A DNA stretch of 64,000 bases from Candidatus Eiseniibacteriota bacterium (GCA_963792585.1 CAWBWI010000001.1:352001-416000), one strand, 5' to 3'; counted from the first letter of the stretch, positions 42,583 to 53,713 are shown. Program-made: numbers and translations. Notes: generated by a model not told the origin, from the letters alone.

Positions 42583-45474
42583 ATGACGTTTCGCCGACTC
42601 ATCGGTCGCGTCCCCTCCGCGGTCGGGCTCGCCCTCCTTGCGGGTGCGCTCTTCGCAGGTTGCTCGGAACCCGGCCGTCCGGAAGCTCCACCGGCGGGTT
42701 CGCCCGGCCGATTCCGGGGAACGATCGCCGGAGAGGATCTGCCGAACGGTCTCGCCGCCCAACTCCATGTTCGCACCCTGGCCGGCGTCGCCTCCGTGGA
42801 CAGCGACGGGAGTTTCGAAGTCGGGGCCGATTCGACCGACGCGGAGCAACCCCTGATTGCGACGACCGCGGACGGGACGCCCGTCTTCCTCGCCTTCGCC
42901 CGTGCCTCGTCTTCCGGCGTCGAGCTCGGCGCGGCGAGCTCGATCCGCTCCCTGCTCCAGCTCGATCCGTTCTTGCTGGGCCTGCCCGACTCCACGCGAG
43001 GGTCTCTCGTGACGAACGCGCAACCCTTGGTGGCCGAAGCGGTCGCACTCGTTCGGAATCGTCTCGGCCAGGGCAGGATCCGGTACCTCGTCGATCGGGA
43101 CGATCTCGAGATCCAGAGACTCCTCGCGATGGCGCTGCGGGAGGCGGGTGGGCTTGGAGACGGCGGCTGCCCGAGCGGCGATGGGAGCTCCGTGAACCCG
43201 GCGCTCTCGCCGCGCGTGGAGTCGGGGTCGACCGGGACCCGATCGCCGGTGGTTGTCAACCCGGTCCCGACGCACTTCTCCCTGTCGATCGACGACTACT
43301 ACAATCTGGCACGCAGGTCCGTCGTCTCCCTGGATTCCGCGCCGCTCGCGGGACTCGATCGAGTGGGAGAGCCATCGCGCAAGCAGATCGATCTCGGCTC
43401 GGGGCGCTACCGCCTGCAGTTCAGCAACGGCACGCAAGGGGCCGCCGGATCTCCGGATTCCCCGGGGTGGGTTGCCATGAGGGCGGATCTGGGTGGGATG
43501 GCCGGGGCGATGCTGGATCTCCTGCGGATCGGCTCGGGCGCGCCGTGGCGTTCCGATCCCGCAATCTTGAAGCCGGAGGATCTCCAGAGGATCGAGGCGT
43601 ATCGGGCTGCCCTCGCCGATGGAGCTCCGGGAGCGCTCATCATTGCAGCCTACGACCTCCTGAGCCGCAATGCGGAAGTCTTCGTCCCCGGCGCCGATCG
43701 CATTCTGGTCGAGGCTTTGTGCTCCGCCGGAATCGCTCAGGGGGAAGCGTCGACCGAAGTGTATCCCGGGCCGTTCGTGTGCGCCCTCGCGCATCCGCCC
43801 GTCATCGACGGGGGGAACATCCGCGTCAACGGAGCGCTCGTCTCGGCAATCGATCCGCCGGGGCTCGTCCGCAGGCCGGCGGCAGTCGATGCGATCTACC
43901 TTCGCGGGCGAATCGTCGTCACCTGGCAGGATGTCGCGACCAACGAGGAAGCCTACGTCATCGAGAGGACGCACGGGGCGGCGTCGGAGGAGATCGCGCG
44001 TCTCGGCGAGGATGCCCGCGCGTTCACGGATCCGTCGATCCAGCCCGCGACGACCTACAGCTACCGTGTGCTTGCGCTCAATCGGGTGGCCCGATCCGAT
44101 TGGAGCGAGCCGTATCCGATCGAAACGCCCGCGGAGATCGACACCATCGCCCCCGGAGCCGTTGAAGATCTCCGTGCAGAGAGCGCTGGCGTGGGATCGA
44201 TCCTTCTCTCGTGGACCGCGCCGGGCGACGACGATCAAGCGGGGACCGCCGGGGGGTACAACGTGCGCGTCTCGATCGAGCCGATCACTCCCGCCAATTG
44301 GTGGACCGCCACCCAACTCCCGAACGCCCCGAGGCCCGGCGTGGCGGGAACGAGGGAGTACCTCTTCGCATACGGCCTGTCGGAGGGCAGCACATACTCC
44401 TTTGCGCTCGAAACCTACGATGATTCGAACAACAGGTCGCGCCTCTCGAATGTGGCATCCGCGGCGACCGGTGGGGGGGCGTCGTGGGCGACCACCTTCC
44501 AGCCCAGCCCGGAAGGGCAAGGCTTGGACGGCAGCGTCGAGGCCTTCGTCATGCGTGAAGGAATGCTGGTCGCAGGAGGGACCTTCGTCGCCGGCGGAGG
44601 GGCCACACTCAACCACATCGGTCAATGGGACGGGACGCGGTGGCATCCTCTCGGGACAGGCCTCAACCGGTGGGTGTTCGCCATGATCGAGTTCAACGGC
44701 GATCTCTACGCGGGCGGGCTCTTCACCGCGGCCGGGGATGTGGAGACAAAGGGAATCGCTCGATGGGACGGGACGGCATGGCACCCCGTCGGCGGAGGTT
44801 TCGATGCGGGGGTCTATGCGCTCGCCGTCTACAAAGGGGAGTTGTACGCGGCAGGCGCCTTCCAGATGTCGGGGGACCGGGTGCTGCACGGCATCGCGCG
44901 CTGGGACGGCCGGGAATGGAATCCGCTCGGGACAGGGGTGAACAACCAGGTCTTCGCGATGACCGAGTACAAGGGCGACCTGATCGTGGGAGGAGACTTC
45001 CTGGACGCGGGTGGCATGCCGGACACCCATGAGATCGCCCGATGGGACGGGGCGGGCTGGCATCCGATGGGGACCGGGATGGACCTCGACTACGTTCGCG
45101 CGCTCGTCGTCTCGGGTGACGATCTGTATGCGGGCGGGCAGTTCATCCACGCCGGCGGCGTGGTTGCCAACAGCGTGGCGCGATGGGACGGTCAATCCTG
45201 GCATGCGCTCGATGAGGGCCTGGATCGTTGGGTCGGCGCCCTCGCAGTGGTCGACGGAGATCTCATCGCCGGAGGGTCCTTCCTCAACGCCAGCGGGGTC
45301 GCCGCCGCGCACCTCGCCCGATGGAACGGTTCCGGATGGGCGCCTTTCTACGGGGGCCCGGCGAACGGGGAGGTCCATGCGATTCTCCCCACCGACGCCG
45401 GCTTGATGATCGGCGGATGGTTCACGCGCACGGGCGGCGTCGCCTCCTCCTACATCGCCCGATGGGGACCGTGA
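42583..45474 (+). CDS. Large lipoprotein with two FN3 domains and a seven-repeat C-terminal beta-propeller
   Basis: Lipobox FAGC; FN3 motifs (WQDVATNE, SWTAPGDD); seven repeats of about 46 aa (LYAGG.F..IARWDG..W). Confidence 0.75.
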   Translation: MTFRRLIGRVPSAVGLALLAGALFAGCSEPGRPEAPPAGSPGRFRGTIAGEDLPNGLAAQLHVRTLAGVASVDSDGSFEVGADSTDAEQPLIATTADGTPVFLAFARASSSGVELGAASSIRSLLQLDPFLLGLPDSTRGSLVTNAQPLVAEAVALVRNRLGQGRIRYLVDRDDLEIQRLLAMALREAGGLGDGGCPSGDGSSVNPALSPRVESGSTGTRSPVVVNPVPTHFSLSIDDYYNLARRSVVSLDSAPLAGLDRVGEPSRKQIDLGSGRYRLQFSNGTQGAAGSPDSPGWVAMRADLGGMAGAMLDLLRIGSGAPWRSDPAILKPEDLQRIEAYRAALADGAPGALIIAAYDLLSRNAEVFVPGADRILVEALCSAGIAQGEASTEVYPGPFVCALAHPPVIDGGNIRVNGALVSAIDPPGLVRRPAAVDAIYLRGRIVVTWQDVATNEEAYVIERTHGAASEEIARLGEDARAFTDPSIQPATTYSYRVLALNRVARSDWSEPYPIETPAEIDTIAPGAVEDLRAESAGVGSILLSWTAPGDDDQAGTAGGYNVRVSIEPITPANWWTATQLPNAPRPGVAGTREYLFAYGLSEGSTYSFALETYDDSNNRSRLSNVASAATGGGASWATTFQPSPEGQGLDGSVEAFVMREGMLVAGGTFVAGGGATLNHIGQWDGTRWHPLGTGLNRWVFAMIEFNGDLYAGGLFTAAGDVETKGIARWDGTAWHPVGGGFDAGVYALAVYKGELYAAGAFQMSGDRVLHGIARWDGREWNPLGTGVNNQVFAMTEYKGDLIVGGDFLDAGGMPDTHEIARWDGAGWHPMGTGMDLDYVRALVVSGDDLYAGGQFIHAGGVVANSVARWDGQSWHALDEGLDRWVGALAVVDGDLIAGGSFLNASGVAAAHLARWNGSGWAPFYGGPANGEVHAILPTDAGLMIGGWFTRTGGVASSYIARWGP
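44521..45470 (+). repeat. Seven intragenic repeats of about 46 aa (ARWDG propeller blades)
   Basis: Repeated G..V.A...GDLYAGG.F..AG....IARWDG..W in translation. Confidence 0.8.
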
Positions 45475-47765
45475 GCGTGCCCCGATCCGTTTCCGTCCAT
45501 GCGTCCAAGGACGGTCCGGACTTCCGATCCCCAGCCGACCCGAAGGATCTATCCACCGTGATGGCGGCGGGCGGCTGGCGGATCGCCATCGGATTGTTCC
45601 TTCTGGCAGTCGTCGTTCGAGGGATCTTCCTGTTGGAGATGTCCGCGAGCCCGCTCTTCCGGATTCCACTCGTGGACGCGGAGACCTACAACACCCTGGC
45701 CCGCCAACTCGCGGAGCACCGGCAATGGAGCAAGGACTTCTTCTGGCAACCTCCCTTCTACCCCTTCTTCCTCTCCTTCACCTACGCGTTGAGCGGCAGC
45801 TCGATGGCGGCGGCCAAGATCGTCCAGGCCCTGATCGGCGGGGTCACCTGCAGCCTGACATTCGTCCTCGGCGCGTTGCTGATGGGGCGGCGCGTCGGCA
45901 TCCTCGCGGGGATCATCGTCGCCTTCTACATGCCGCTGGTCTTCTTCGAGAGCGACCTGATCGCGGCGGGACTGGCCGCACTCTGGTCCGTCCTGTTGAT
46001 GCTGCTCTTGCTCGCGCACGGTCGCGCCGGCGGACGGTGGGGGCTGCTCGCCCTCGGATTCACGGCGGCGGTGGCGGTCTTGACGCGCCCGACGTTCCTG
46101 CCTTTCCTCGTTGGCGCCTTCGGGTGGCTGTGCCTGGTCTCCCATCGCCGGGCGGGGATGCGCGCCGCCGCCTCGGCCGGCCTGCTTGCGCTATGTGGTT
46201 TCGCGCTCGCGGCGATTCCCGCGGCGACGATCAATGGAAGTCGCGTCTCGGGGAAATACACGATCCTTCCCTCATCGGGCGGGATCAACGTCTACATCGG
46301 AAACAACCCGGACGTTTGTCAGACCCTGACGGCGCGTCCCGGTTGGGCTTGGTCCGAACTCACCGCCTTGCCCTACCGCGAGGGCATCGAACGCCGCGCG
46401 GATCAGGAGGCGTTCTATTACGGCAAGGTTCGTGAGTTCTTGAAGTCCGATCCCATGGGGTTCCTCCGAAACCTCGGTCTGAAGACGGTCCGGTTCCTCA
46501 GCTCGCGGGAGATTCCGCGCAACGTCGATCCGTATGCATGTCGACCCTGGTCCCATTTGCTCTCCGCGCTGTTCTGGAAGATCGGAGGGTTCGGATTTCC
46601 CTTTGGCGTTCTTCTGCCGCTGGCCGTCGTGGGCGCCTGGAGAAATCGCGCGAGGGTGCCCGGCGTCATGTGGCTCTTCCTGCTCGCGTTTCCCTTGGCG
46701 GTGATTGCGGTTTTCGTAGCCGACCGCTACCGCGTCCCGATGATTCCGATCCTGTCGATCCTCGCGGCCGGCGGCCTCTGGGCGATCCTGAAGATGCTTC
46801 GCGATCGGGAGGGCCGCGCGATTGCCATGACCTGCGCGGTCCTTGCCGCAACCGTCCTCGCTTCGTGTCTCCCCGGTCCATTCTGCGAGGAGAAGGGCAA
46901 CTCCACCGCGGAACTCGACTTCATGCTCGGACTGGCGAGCTTCAACCAAGCACAGGCCGAGACGGACCCTCGCGCGGCCGCCGCCGACTTGGAGGCCGCG
47001 GGCCGGTACTACCGGAGGGCCATCGCGTCGAATCCCACCTACGCGGACGCGTACAGCGAGCTCGGCAACCTCGCCTTTGCCGGGGGGGAATACAGGGAGG
47101 CGGGGGACTTCTATGCGAAAGCCCTGGAGATCCGGCCGGATCACGGGAAGGCGCTGCACAGCCTCGGCGTGCTCCTCTTCCTGGCCGGCAGCAACGACCC
47201 TGCGATCGACTGCCTCCGCCGAGCGCAGAAGCTCGATCCATCCTTCTCGAAGACTTCCTTCTTCCTGGGCCAGGCGGTTCTGAAGGCGGGAGACGCGGCC
47301 GGGGCGATCCCGATCCTGCGCAAGGCGGTCCGCACGGAAGGGGACCCGGTCTACCGGGCGCTGGGCATGAACTTCCTGGCGGAAGCGCTGATCGCTTCCG
47401 GCGCGCACGGAGAGGGTATCGATCAGTATCGACAGGCAATCGAAGTGGACTCTCGCTGCGCCCCGGCGCTCGCAGGACTGGCCTGGATCCTCGCGACGGA
47501 TCCCGATCCCGTATCGAGGGACGGCGCGACCGCAGCCGGCATCGCCGAGCGCGCGCTCACCCTGGAGGAACCCTCGGCCCGGATCCTGGACGCATTGGCC
47601 GCGAGCTACGCCGCGATCGGGCGATTCCCCGAGGCCGTCGAAGCGGCCAAAGGAGCCCTGGAGGCCGCGCGGGCGCAGGAGGACACGCTCTTGGCATCTC
47701 GGATCGAGGCCCGCATCCGGCTCTATGAAGCCGGCAGACCCTACCGCGAGGGACCGGCCCGCTAG
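45471..47765 (+). CDS. GT-C (family 39/PMT_2) glycosyltransferase-like membrane protein with C-terminal TPR repeats
   Basis: LVDAETY, FWQPPFYP, GGINVYIGNNP, DRYRVP; TPR repeats; GTGA overlap with the upstream gene (start could be about 45558). Confidence 0.82.
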   Translation: MSVPRSVSVHASKDGPDFRSPADPKDLSTVMAAGGWRIAIGLFLLAVVVRGIFLLEMSASPLFRIPLVDAETYNTLARQLAEHRQWSKDFFWQPPFYPFFLSFTYALSGSSMAAAKIVQALIGGVTCSLTFVLGALLMGRRVGILAGIIVAFYMPLVFFESDLIAAGLAALWSVLLMLLLLAHGRAGGRWGLLALGFTAAVAVLTRPTFLPFLVGAFGWLCLVSHRRAGMRAAASAGLLALCGFALAAIPAATINGSRVSGKYTILPSSGGINVYIGNNPDVCQTLTARPGWAWSELTALPYREGIERRADQEAFYYGKVREFLKSDPMGFLRNLGLKTVRFLSSREIPRNVDPYACRPWSHLLSALFWKIGGFGFPFGVLLPLAVVGAWRNRARVPGVMWLFLLAFPLAVIAVFVADRYRVPMIPILSILAAGGLWAILKMLRDREGRAIAMTCAVLAATVLASCLPGPFCEEKGNSTAELDFMLGLASFNQAQAETDPRAAAADLEAAGRYYRRAIASNPTYADAYSELGNLAFAGGEYREAGDFYAKALEIRPDHGKALHSLGVLLFLAGSNDPAIDCLRRAQKLDPSFSKTSFFLGQAVLKAGDAAGAIPILRKAVRTEGDPVYRALGMNFLAEALIASGAHGEGIDQYRQAIEVDSRCAPALAGLAWILATDPDPVSRDGATAAGIAERALTLEEPSARILDALAASYAAIGRFPEAVEAAKGALEAARAQEDTLLASRIEARIRLYEAGRPYREGPAR

Positions 47766-47779
47766 CCGCGCGGTCGGGT

Positions 47780-48850
47780 CTAGAGGAACGTCCGCATCCG
47801 CTGGTACTGCGGGTAGTGCCGTTCGAAGAGCGGGTCCATCTCCTCGATCGCGGCGCGAAGCATCTCCTTCTTCTTCTCATGACGGACGAATGCGCTCTTG
47901 AAGCCGTTGATCAGGATCTTCCTCAAGTCGTAGATCGAGAGCTCGAAGGTCTTGCAGGCGAGCGCGAGTTCGTCGCTCACGGTCGTATTCGAGATCAGAC
48001 GATTGTCGGTATTGATCGTGACCCGGAGTTCCCGATCGAAGTAGTCCTTGAAGGGATGGTCGGAGAGAGAGGAGATCGAACCGGTCTGCACGTTGCTCGT
48101 GATGCACATCTCCAGCGGGATCCGGTGGTCGTTGACGTACTCGAGGAGATCGGGATTCTCCCGCAACCGGGTGCCGTGGCCGATCCTGTGGGCTCCGCAG
48201 TAGTGGAGCGCCTGGTGGATGGAGTCGGGACCGAAGGCTTCGCCCGCGTGCACCGTGACATTGACGTTGTTCTTCAGGATCAGCTGGAACGCCTTCAGGT
48301 GCTCCTTCGCCGGGTAGTCCTTCTCCTCGCCGGCGAGATCGAACCCGACCACGCCGAGGTGCTTGTAGGCGATCGCGAGCTTGGCGAGGAGCAGGCTCGT
48401 TTCGAGCGTGTTGGTCCGGATGCCGCAGATGATGACCCCGCTCACCACGCCGAAATCACGGCGTCCTTTGCGCAGCCCCTCGATCACCGCCTCGACGACG
48501 CGCTCGACGGTGAGCCCGTTGCGCAGGTGGAGAATCGGCGAGTAGCGGACCTCGAGGTAGCGGACATTCTCCGCGGCGACATCCTCGACGAGCTCGTAGG
48601 AGATCCGGCGCAGCGCCTCCTCGTCCTGCATCACGGAGAGGGTCGACTCGAAGGTCTCGATGTAGGCGCCGAGATCGGCCCCCTGCTTCGGAGTCAGGCG
48701 CGTGCGGAGTTCCTCGAGGCTGCCGACGCCGAGTTCGACACCGCGCGCCACCGCGAGATCCCATAGGGTCGAGAGCCGCAAGGAGCCGTCGAGATGGCAG
48801 TGCAGGTCGGTCTTCGGGAGGGCCCGGATCAGTTCGACGGGGATGTCCAT
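47780..48850 (-). CDS. add: Adenosine deaminase
   Basis: LPKTDLHCHLDGSLR, YLEVRYSP, GFDLAG, TVHAGE, RIGHGT, TINTDN. Confidence 0.93.
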   Translation of the reverse strand: MDIPVELIRALPKTDLHCHLDGSLRLSTLWDLAVARGVELGVGSLEELRTRLTPKQGADLGAYIETFESTLSVMQDEEALRRISYELVEDVAAENVRYLEVRYSPILHLRNGLTVERVVEAVIEGLRKGRRDFGVVSGVIICGIRTNTLETSLLLAKLAIAYKHLGVVGFDLAGEEKDYPAKEHLKAFQLILKNNVNVTVHAGEAFGPDSIHQALHYCGAHRIGHGTRLRENPDLLEYVNDHRIPLEMCITSNVQTGSISSLSDHPFKDYFDRELRVTINTDNRLISNTTVSDELALACKTFELSIYDLRKILINGFKSAFVRHEKKKEMLRAAIEEMDPLFERHYPQYQRMRTFL

Positions 48851-50199
48851 GCTTGCTCCATGCGCGCGAAGAGCCGTCGCGCCGCTTCCGATGCTTCCAT
48901 GAAGACCTGCGTACCCGGCAGGCCGATGACCGTCCCGCGGTGAGCGAGGCGCTCGCCGGCGACCCAGACTTCCTCCACGTGCTCGCGCCCCGCGCCGTAG
49001 AGGATGCGTGCGTGCGGCTCCGCGTCCTCCGGCCAGAGACCGGCGCCCGCCGACGGATCGAGCACCACGAAGTCGGCTTCCAATCCCGGCGCGATCCTGC
49101 CGATCCGATCCTCGAGTCCGAGCACGCGCGCGCCGTCTCGCGTCGCGAGTGCGAGGATCGCTTCCGCGTCGACCTCCTGCGGACCGTGGAGGAGCGCCAT
49201 GGTGCTCGCGGCGCGTCGCAGCTCCTCCCAAACGTCGAGGCGGTTGTTGCACGCGCCGCCGTCGCAGCCGATGCCGACCCGGACGCCGTCGCGGCGGAGG
49301 CGCAGCACGTCCGCCGTGCCGGAACCGAGCTTCGCGTTGCTTCCCGGGCAGTGGACGATCGCCGCATTCGTCCGGTGAAGCACGGCGCGGTCGGCGGGAT
49401 CGAGCCAGACTCCGTGCGCGGCGATGAGCCGCGGGGACGCGGCGCCGAGCCTCTCGAGGCGCTCGAAGGTCGAGACGCCGTCGGCTGGACGGGCCGTCTC
49501 CATCTCCTCGCGCGTCTCGCAGGCATGCGTATGGATCAGGAGACCCTCGGCGTCGGCCAGGGATGCGAGATCCCTCCACGCGCCGTCCGATACGGTCGGA
49601 ACGAATCGCGGGGCGAGGCAGAGCGCGACGCGGCCGCCGCGGGGGAAGCGGGGGAGGAGGCGACGCGTCTCCTCGATCGCTTCCCGCGCATCGCGGAGCA
49701 GGGGGGCTGGGACGCCCTCGCCCATGTCCATGATCGCCGTGCCGGTGAACGCGCGGACGCCCGAATCGGCGCACGCGACGGCGATCGCCTCGATGTGGCG
49801 CGTGGTCCCCATGTCGAGGATGGTCGTCGTGCCCCCGGAGAGGAGCTCGAGGAGGCCGAGCCTCGCGGAGGCGCGCAGGGTCGCCGGATCGTGGGCGGCC
49901 TCCATCGGCCAGATCCGCTCCGTGAGCCACGGGCCGAGCGTCCGTCGCTCGGCGGCTCCCCGAAACAAGGTCTGGCAAAGATGGAGGTGGGTCTGGATCA
50001 GGCCGGGGAGGATGATCCGCCCCCGGAGATCGATCTCCCGCGTGCCCGGACCGACCGAGGTCCCGGGTGCGACGAGCGCCTCGATTCTGCCACGAGGGTC
50101 GATCCGGATGTCCTTCGTGACGCACTGCCCGCCGCCGTCGAGCGGCAGGACGTTGGCCCCGCGCAGGATCGCGGCCCGATCTTCGGGAATCGCTGGAAT
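48829..50199 (-). CDS. Amidohydrolase, 5'-deoxyadenosine/MTA-SAH deaminase-like; probable ATT start
   Basis: PGLIQTHLHLCQTLFRG, HTHACE, AAHGVW, HCPGSNAKLGSG, GCDGGACNN; the frame extends 77 codons beyond the ORF-track start. Confidence 0.88.
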   Translation of the reverse strand: MPAIPEDRAAILRGANVLPLDGGGQCVTKDIRIDPRGRIEALVAPGTSVGPGTREIDLRGRIILPGLIQTHLHLCQTLFRGAAERRTLGPWLTERIWPMEAAHDPATLRASARLGLLELLSGGTTTILDMGTTRHIEAIAVACADSGVRAFTGTAIMDMGEGVPAPLLRDAREAIEETRRLLPRFPRGGRVALCLAPRFVPTVSDGAWRDLASLADAEGLLIHTHACETREEMETARPADGVSTFERLERLGAASPRLIAAHGVWLDPADRAVLHRTNAAIVHCPGSNAKLGSGTADVLRLRRDGVRVGIGCDGGACNNRLDVWEELRRAASTMALLHGPQEVDAEAILALATRDGARVLGLEDRIGRIAPGLEADFVVLDPSAGAGLWPEDAEPHARILYGAGREHVEEVWVAGERLAHRGTVIGLPGTQVFMEASEAARRLFARMEQAWTSPSN

Positions 50200-50295
50200 G
50201 TTCGCTCCGCTCCTTGACTTAGCCGGAGTCCGGCAGGTAGAAGTCTAGCCGACCGGTCAGCCGGCCGGTCCCGCACGTTAGCCCGATTCCGGGGA

Positions 50296-50859
50296 ATGGG
50301 TCAACGACCCGGGGAGGTGGCCACGGAAGTCCTGTACTCGCGGGAGGCGGTCGAGGCCAGGGTCCACGAGCTGGGGGAGACGATCACGCGCGACTATGCG
50401 GGCCGGCGTCCCCTCGTGATCGCCCTCCTCAAGGGATCGATCGTGTTCATGGCGGACCTGGTCCGGTCGATCGACCTGGACGTCGAGATCGACTTCATCT
50501 CGATCTCCTCCTATCAGAATCGGTCCACCTCATCGGGCTCGGTTCGTCTCCTGCGCGACCTGGATCGGGACATCTACGACCGCGACGTGCTCATCGTCGA
50601 GGACATCATCGACAGCGGCCTCTCCCTCTCCTACATCCGCAAGATGCTACTCGCCCGCAATCCGAAGAGCCTCTCGATCGTCGCCTTCCTCGACAAGCGG
50701 GAACGGCGCACGACGGAGGTCTACGTGGACTACGTCGGGTTCCGAATTCCGGACAGCTTCGTCGTCGGCTACGGGCTCGACTACCGGGAGAGATACCGCG
50801 GCCTGCCCTTCATCGCGGCCCTCGAGCCGGAGGAGATCGCCGAGGGGGAGGGGGCGTGA
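50296..50859 (+). CDS. hpt: Hypoxanthine phosphoribosyltransferase
   Basis: LLKGSIVFMADL, VLIVEDIIDSGLSL, FVVGYGLDY; start may be GTG 50317. Confidence 0.95.
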   Translation: MGQRPGEVATEVLYSREAVEARVHELGETITRDYAGRRPLVIALLKGSIVFMADLVRSIDLDVEIDFISISSYQNRSTSSGSVRLLRDLDRDIYDRDVLIVEDIIDSGLSLSYIRKMLLARNPKSLSIVAFLDKRERRTTEVYVDYVGFRIPDSFVVGYGLDYRERYRGLPFIAALEPEEIAEGEGA

Positions 50860-51482
50860 GCGGCGGGTACTACGTAGGGATCACGGGCAACATCGGAACC
50901 GGCAAGACCATCCTGACCCGCACCCTCTCGGAGCGACTCGGCTGGGAGGCCTTCTACGAGCCGGTCATCGCCAATCCCTATCTAGAGGACTTCTACGGAG
51001 ACATGAACCGGTGGGCGTTCCACCTGCAGATCTTCTTTCTCTCGGAGCGGTTTCGGGCGATGCAGAGTTGCCTGCAGGCGGGTCGCTCGTTCCTTCAGGA
51101 TCGCACCCTCTATGAGGACGGCGAGGTCTTCGCTCCGACCCTGCGGGACATCGGGATGCTGTCGGAACGCGACTATCGCAACTACCGCGCGCTCTTCGAG
51201 ACCCTCCTGTCGACCGTGCGGCCCCCGGACCGCATCCTCCATCTGACCGCGCCGACCCAGGTGCTGCTCGAGCGGATCCGGCGGCGCGATCGCCCCTATG
51301 AGCGCCACGTCGACGCCGCGTATCTCGGGATGCTCGAGGGGCGCTACGAGGATTGGATCGCCCGGATCGAGCGGACCGTGCCGGTGCGCCGCATCGATAC
51401 CTCGCGCCTCGACCTCGATGCCCGCGACGGCGATCTCGATCGCCTGATCGATGATCTGACGCGGTGGGCGACGGAGGGTTGA
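50856..51482 (+). CDS. Deoxynucleoside kinase (Dck/Dgk family)
   Basis: [36 protein letters not shown]. Confidence 0.92.
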   Translation: MSGGYYVGITGNIGTGKTILTRTLSERLGWEAFYEPVIANPYLEDFYGDMNRWAFHLQIFFLSERFRAMQSCLQAGRSFLQDRTLYEDGEVFAPTLRDIGMLSERDYRNYRALFETLLSTVRPPDRILHLTAPTQVLLERIRRRDRPYERHVDAAYLGMLEGRYEDWIARIERTVPVRRIDTSRLDLDARDGDLDRLIDDLTRWATEG

Positions 51483-52144
51483 TGGAGGAGACGCGCCGCA
51501 AGAAGCGGACACTGATCGGAATCGCGGGGGGAACGGGTTCGGGAAAGACCCTCGTCGCCAACAGGATCAGCGAGGCGCTGGGCGATCGCGAGGTCGTCGT
51601 GCTTCGCCAGGACCACTACTACAAGGACCTTGCCCACCTGCCGTTCGAGGAACGGGTTCGGACGAACTTCGACCATCCCGACGCTTTCGACACGCCGCTC
51701 TTGCGCGCGCACGTCCGCGTCCTCCTCGAAGGCGGGACGATCGCGCAGCCAAACTACGATTTCACACAGCACCTCCGTCTGCCCGATGCGACCCGGGTTG
51801 GAGGTCACCCGATCATTCTGCTCGAGGGGATCATGGTGCTGGGCGACGAGGAACTGCGTTCGATGATGGACATCAAGGTCTACGTCGACACCGATGGCGA
51901 CATCCGCCTCCTCCGCCGGATTCGGCGCGACGTGGCCGAGCGGGGGCGGACCCTCGAGTCGGTCCTCGTTCAGTACGAGCTGCAGGTCAGGCCGATGCAC
52001 CTTCATTTCGTCGAACCGACGAAACGTTATGCGGACATCGTCGTGCCGGAGGGGGGCTACAATCGGGTTGCGATCGACCTGTTGCGCACGAAGATCGTCG
52101 AGATCCTGCGCGAGCGCTGGCCGTTGGAGGGGGAGGGAAGATGA
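51482..52144 (+). CDS. udk: Uridine kinase
   Basis: [43 protein letters not shown]. Confidence 0.95.
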   Translation: MEETRRKKRTLIGIAGGTGSGKTLVANRISEALGDREVVVLRQDHYYKDLAHLPFEERVRTNFDHPDAFDTPLLRAHVRVLLEGGTIAQPNYDFTQHLRLPDATRVGGHPIILLEGIMVLGDEELRSMMDIKVYVDTDGDIRLLRRIRRDVAERGRTLESVLVQYELQVRPMHLHFVEPTKRYADIVVPEGGYNRVAIDLLRTKIVEILRERWPLEGEGR

Positions 52145-52719
52145 GTCACGACCTGCCCCGCGGGACCGGCTGGATCGAGGTGATCTGCGGGCCGATGTTC
52201 AGCGGGAAGACCGAGGAGTTGATCCGCCGCATCCGCCGCGCGCAGATCGCCCGCCAGCGCGTGGCGATCGTGAAGCCCGCGACCGACGTCCGCTACGCGA
52301 CCGATCAGATCGTCTCGCACAGCGAACAGCGGATCCCATCGACCGTCGTGAAGAGTTCGGCCGAGGTGATGGCCGTCGCCGAGGAGGCGGAGGTGATCGG
52401 AATCGACGAGGTGCAGTTCCTCGACGCCGGAATCGTCGAGGTCTGCGAGAGGCTCGCCGATGCCGGGAAGAGGGTGATCGTGGCGGGCCTCGACCAGGAC
52501 TACGCGGCGCGGCCCTTCGAGCCCGTGCCCCAGCTCCTGGCGATGGCGGAGTACATCACGAAGACCCTCGCCATCTGCGTCTGTTGCGGAAACCCCGCGA
52601 ACCGGACACAGAGGGTCGGGGTTGCGGAGGGGCGGATCGCCGTCGGCTCGCTCGAGATGTACGAGGCCAGGTGCCGGCGCTGCTTCGTGCCGCCGGAGAA
52701 GGAGGCGTCCGATGCTTAG
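52141..52719 (+). CDS. tdk: Thymidine kinase
   Basis: [35 protein letters not shown]. Confidence 0.95.
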   Translation: MSHDLPRGTGWIEVICGPMFSGKTEELIRRIRRAQIARQRVAIVKPATDVRYATDQIVSHSEQRIPSTVVKSSAEVMAVAEEAEVIGIDEVQFLDAGIVEVCERLADAGKRVIVAGLDQDYAARPFEPVPQLLAMAEYITKTLAICVCCGNPANRTQRVGVAEGRIAVGSLEMYEARCRRCFVPPEKEASDA

Positions 52720-53713
52720 GCGTGCTGCGATCTTCCTGCTCGCGCTTCTCGCCGCCGGTTGCGGTGGGAAGGATGCGAAGAAGGGGACCTCGAGCTTCGA
52801 CGTCGGCCTCGTCTTCGACATCGGGGGGATCGGGGACAAGAGCTTCAACGACTCGGCATACAAGGGGCTCCTCCGTGCGCGCGACGAACTCCAGGTGAAC
52901 GTCGAGTACCTCGAGCCGGCCGAGGGGACCGACCGCGAGGCCGCGCTCCGCCAGATGGCCTCCGGGGCGCCGAACGTTGTCTTCGGCATCGGAATGCTCT
53001 TCAGCGACGACATTACCGCGGTCGCCAACGAGTACCCCGAGAAGAAGTTCGCGTGCGTGGATTACGCCGTTCCCGAGGGGACGCAGACGCCGGCCAACCT
53101 CGCGGGCCTGAAGTTCCGCGAGGAGGAGGGCTGTTACCTGGTCGGGGCGATCGCCGGGATGGTCACCAAGACGAACACCGTCGGCTTCGTGGGCGGCATG
53201 GACACCGCGTTGATCCACAAGTTCGAGGCCGGCTATCGGGCCGGCGTCGCGGCCGTCAACCCGGCTTGCAAGGTCGTCGTCGGGTACGCGGGGGTGACCC
53301 CGAACGCCTACAAGAATCCCGCGAAGGGGAAGGAACTCGCCCTCGCCCAGTATGACGGTGGGGCCGACATCATCTTCCATGCGAGCGGCTCGACGGGCCT
53401 CGGGGTGTTCGAGGCGGCCCGGACGAAGGACAAGCTCGCGATCGGCGTCGATGCGGATCAGCAGTCCGAGGCGCCGGGTCACATCCTCACGAGCATGGTC
53501 AAGAAGATCGACACGGCGGTCTTCGAGACGATCCGCTCCGCGAAGGAAGGTCAATTCACGGGCGGGATCAAGGAGATGGGGCTCGCTGACGGAGGCGTCG
53601 ACTACGTCTACGACGAGAAGAACAAGGGCTGGATCACCGACGACGTGCGCGCGCGCGTCGAGGCCCTGCGCGCCGACATCGTTGCCGGCAAGATCACCGT
53701 TCCGACGCGATAG
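52712..53713 (+). CDS. BMP family nucleoside ABC transporter substrate-binding lipoprotein
   Basis: Lipobox [25 protein letters not shown]. Confidence 0.93.
   Translation: MLRRAAIFLLALLAAGCGGKDAKKGTSSFDVGLVFDIGGIGDKSFNDSAYKGLLRARDELQVNVEYLEPAEGTDREAALRQMASGAPNVVFGIGMLFSDDITAVANEYPEKKFACVDYAVPEGTQTPANLAGLKFREEEGCYLVGAIAGMVTKTNTVGFVGGMDTALIHKFEAGYRAGVAAVNPACKVVVGYAGVTPNAYKNPAKGKELALAQYDGGADIIFHASGSTGLGVFEAARTKDKLAIGVDADQQSEAPGHILTSMVKKIDTAVFETIRSAKEGQFTGGIKEMGLADGGVDYVYDEKNKGWITDDVRARVEALRADIVAGKITVPTR

Noticed and set aside
44521..45470. Repeats as a CRISPR array or DGR
   Set aside because: They are degenerate in-frame protein repeats; no identical DNA repeats, cas or reverse transcriptase genes are present.
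47780..50125. 781-aa ORF suggesting a fused adenosine deaminase
   Set aside because: The upstream part is an off-frame overlap with the amidohydrolase; add starts at 48850.
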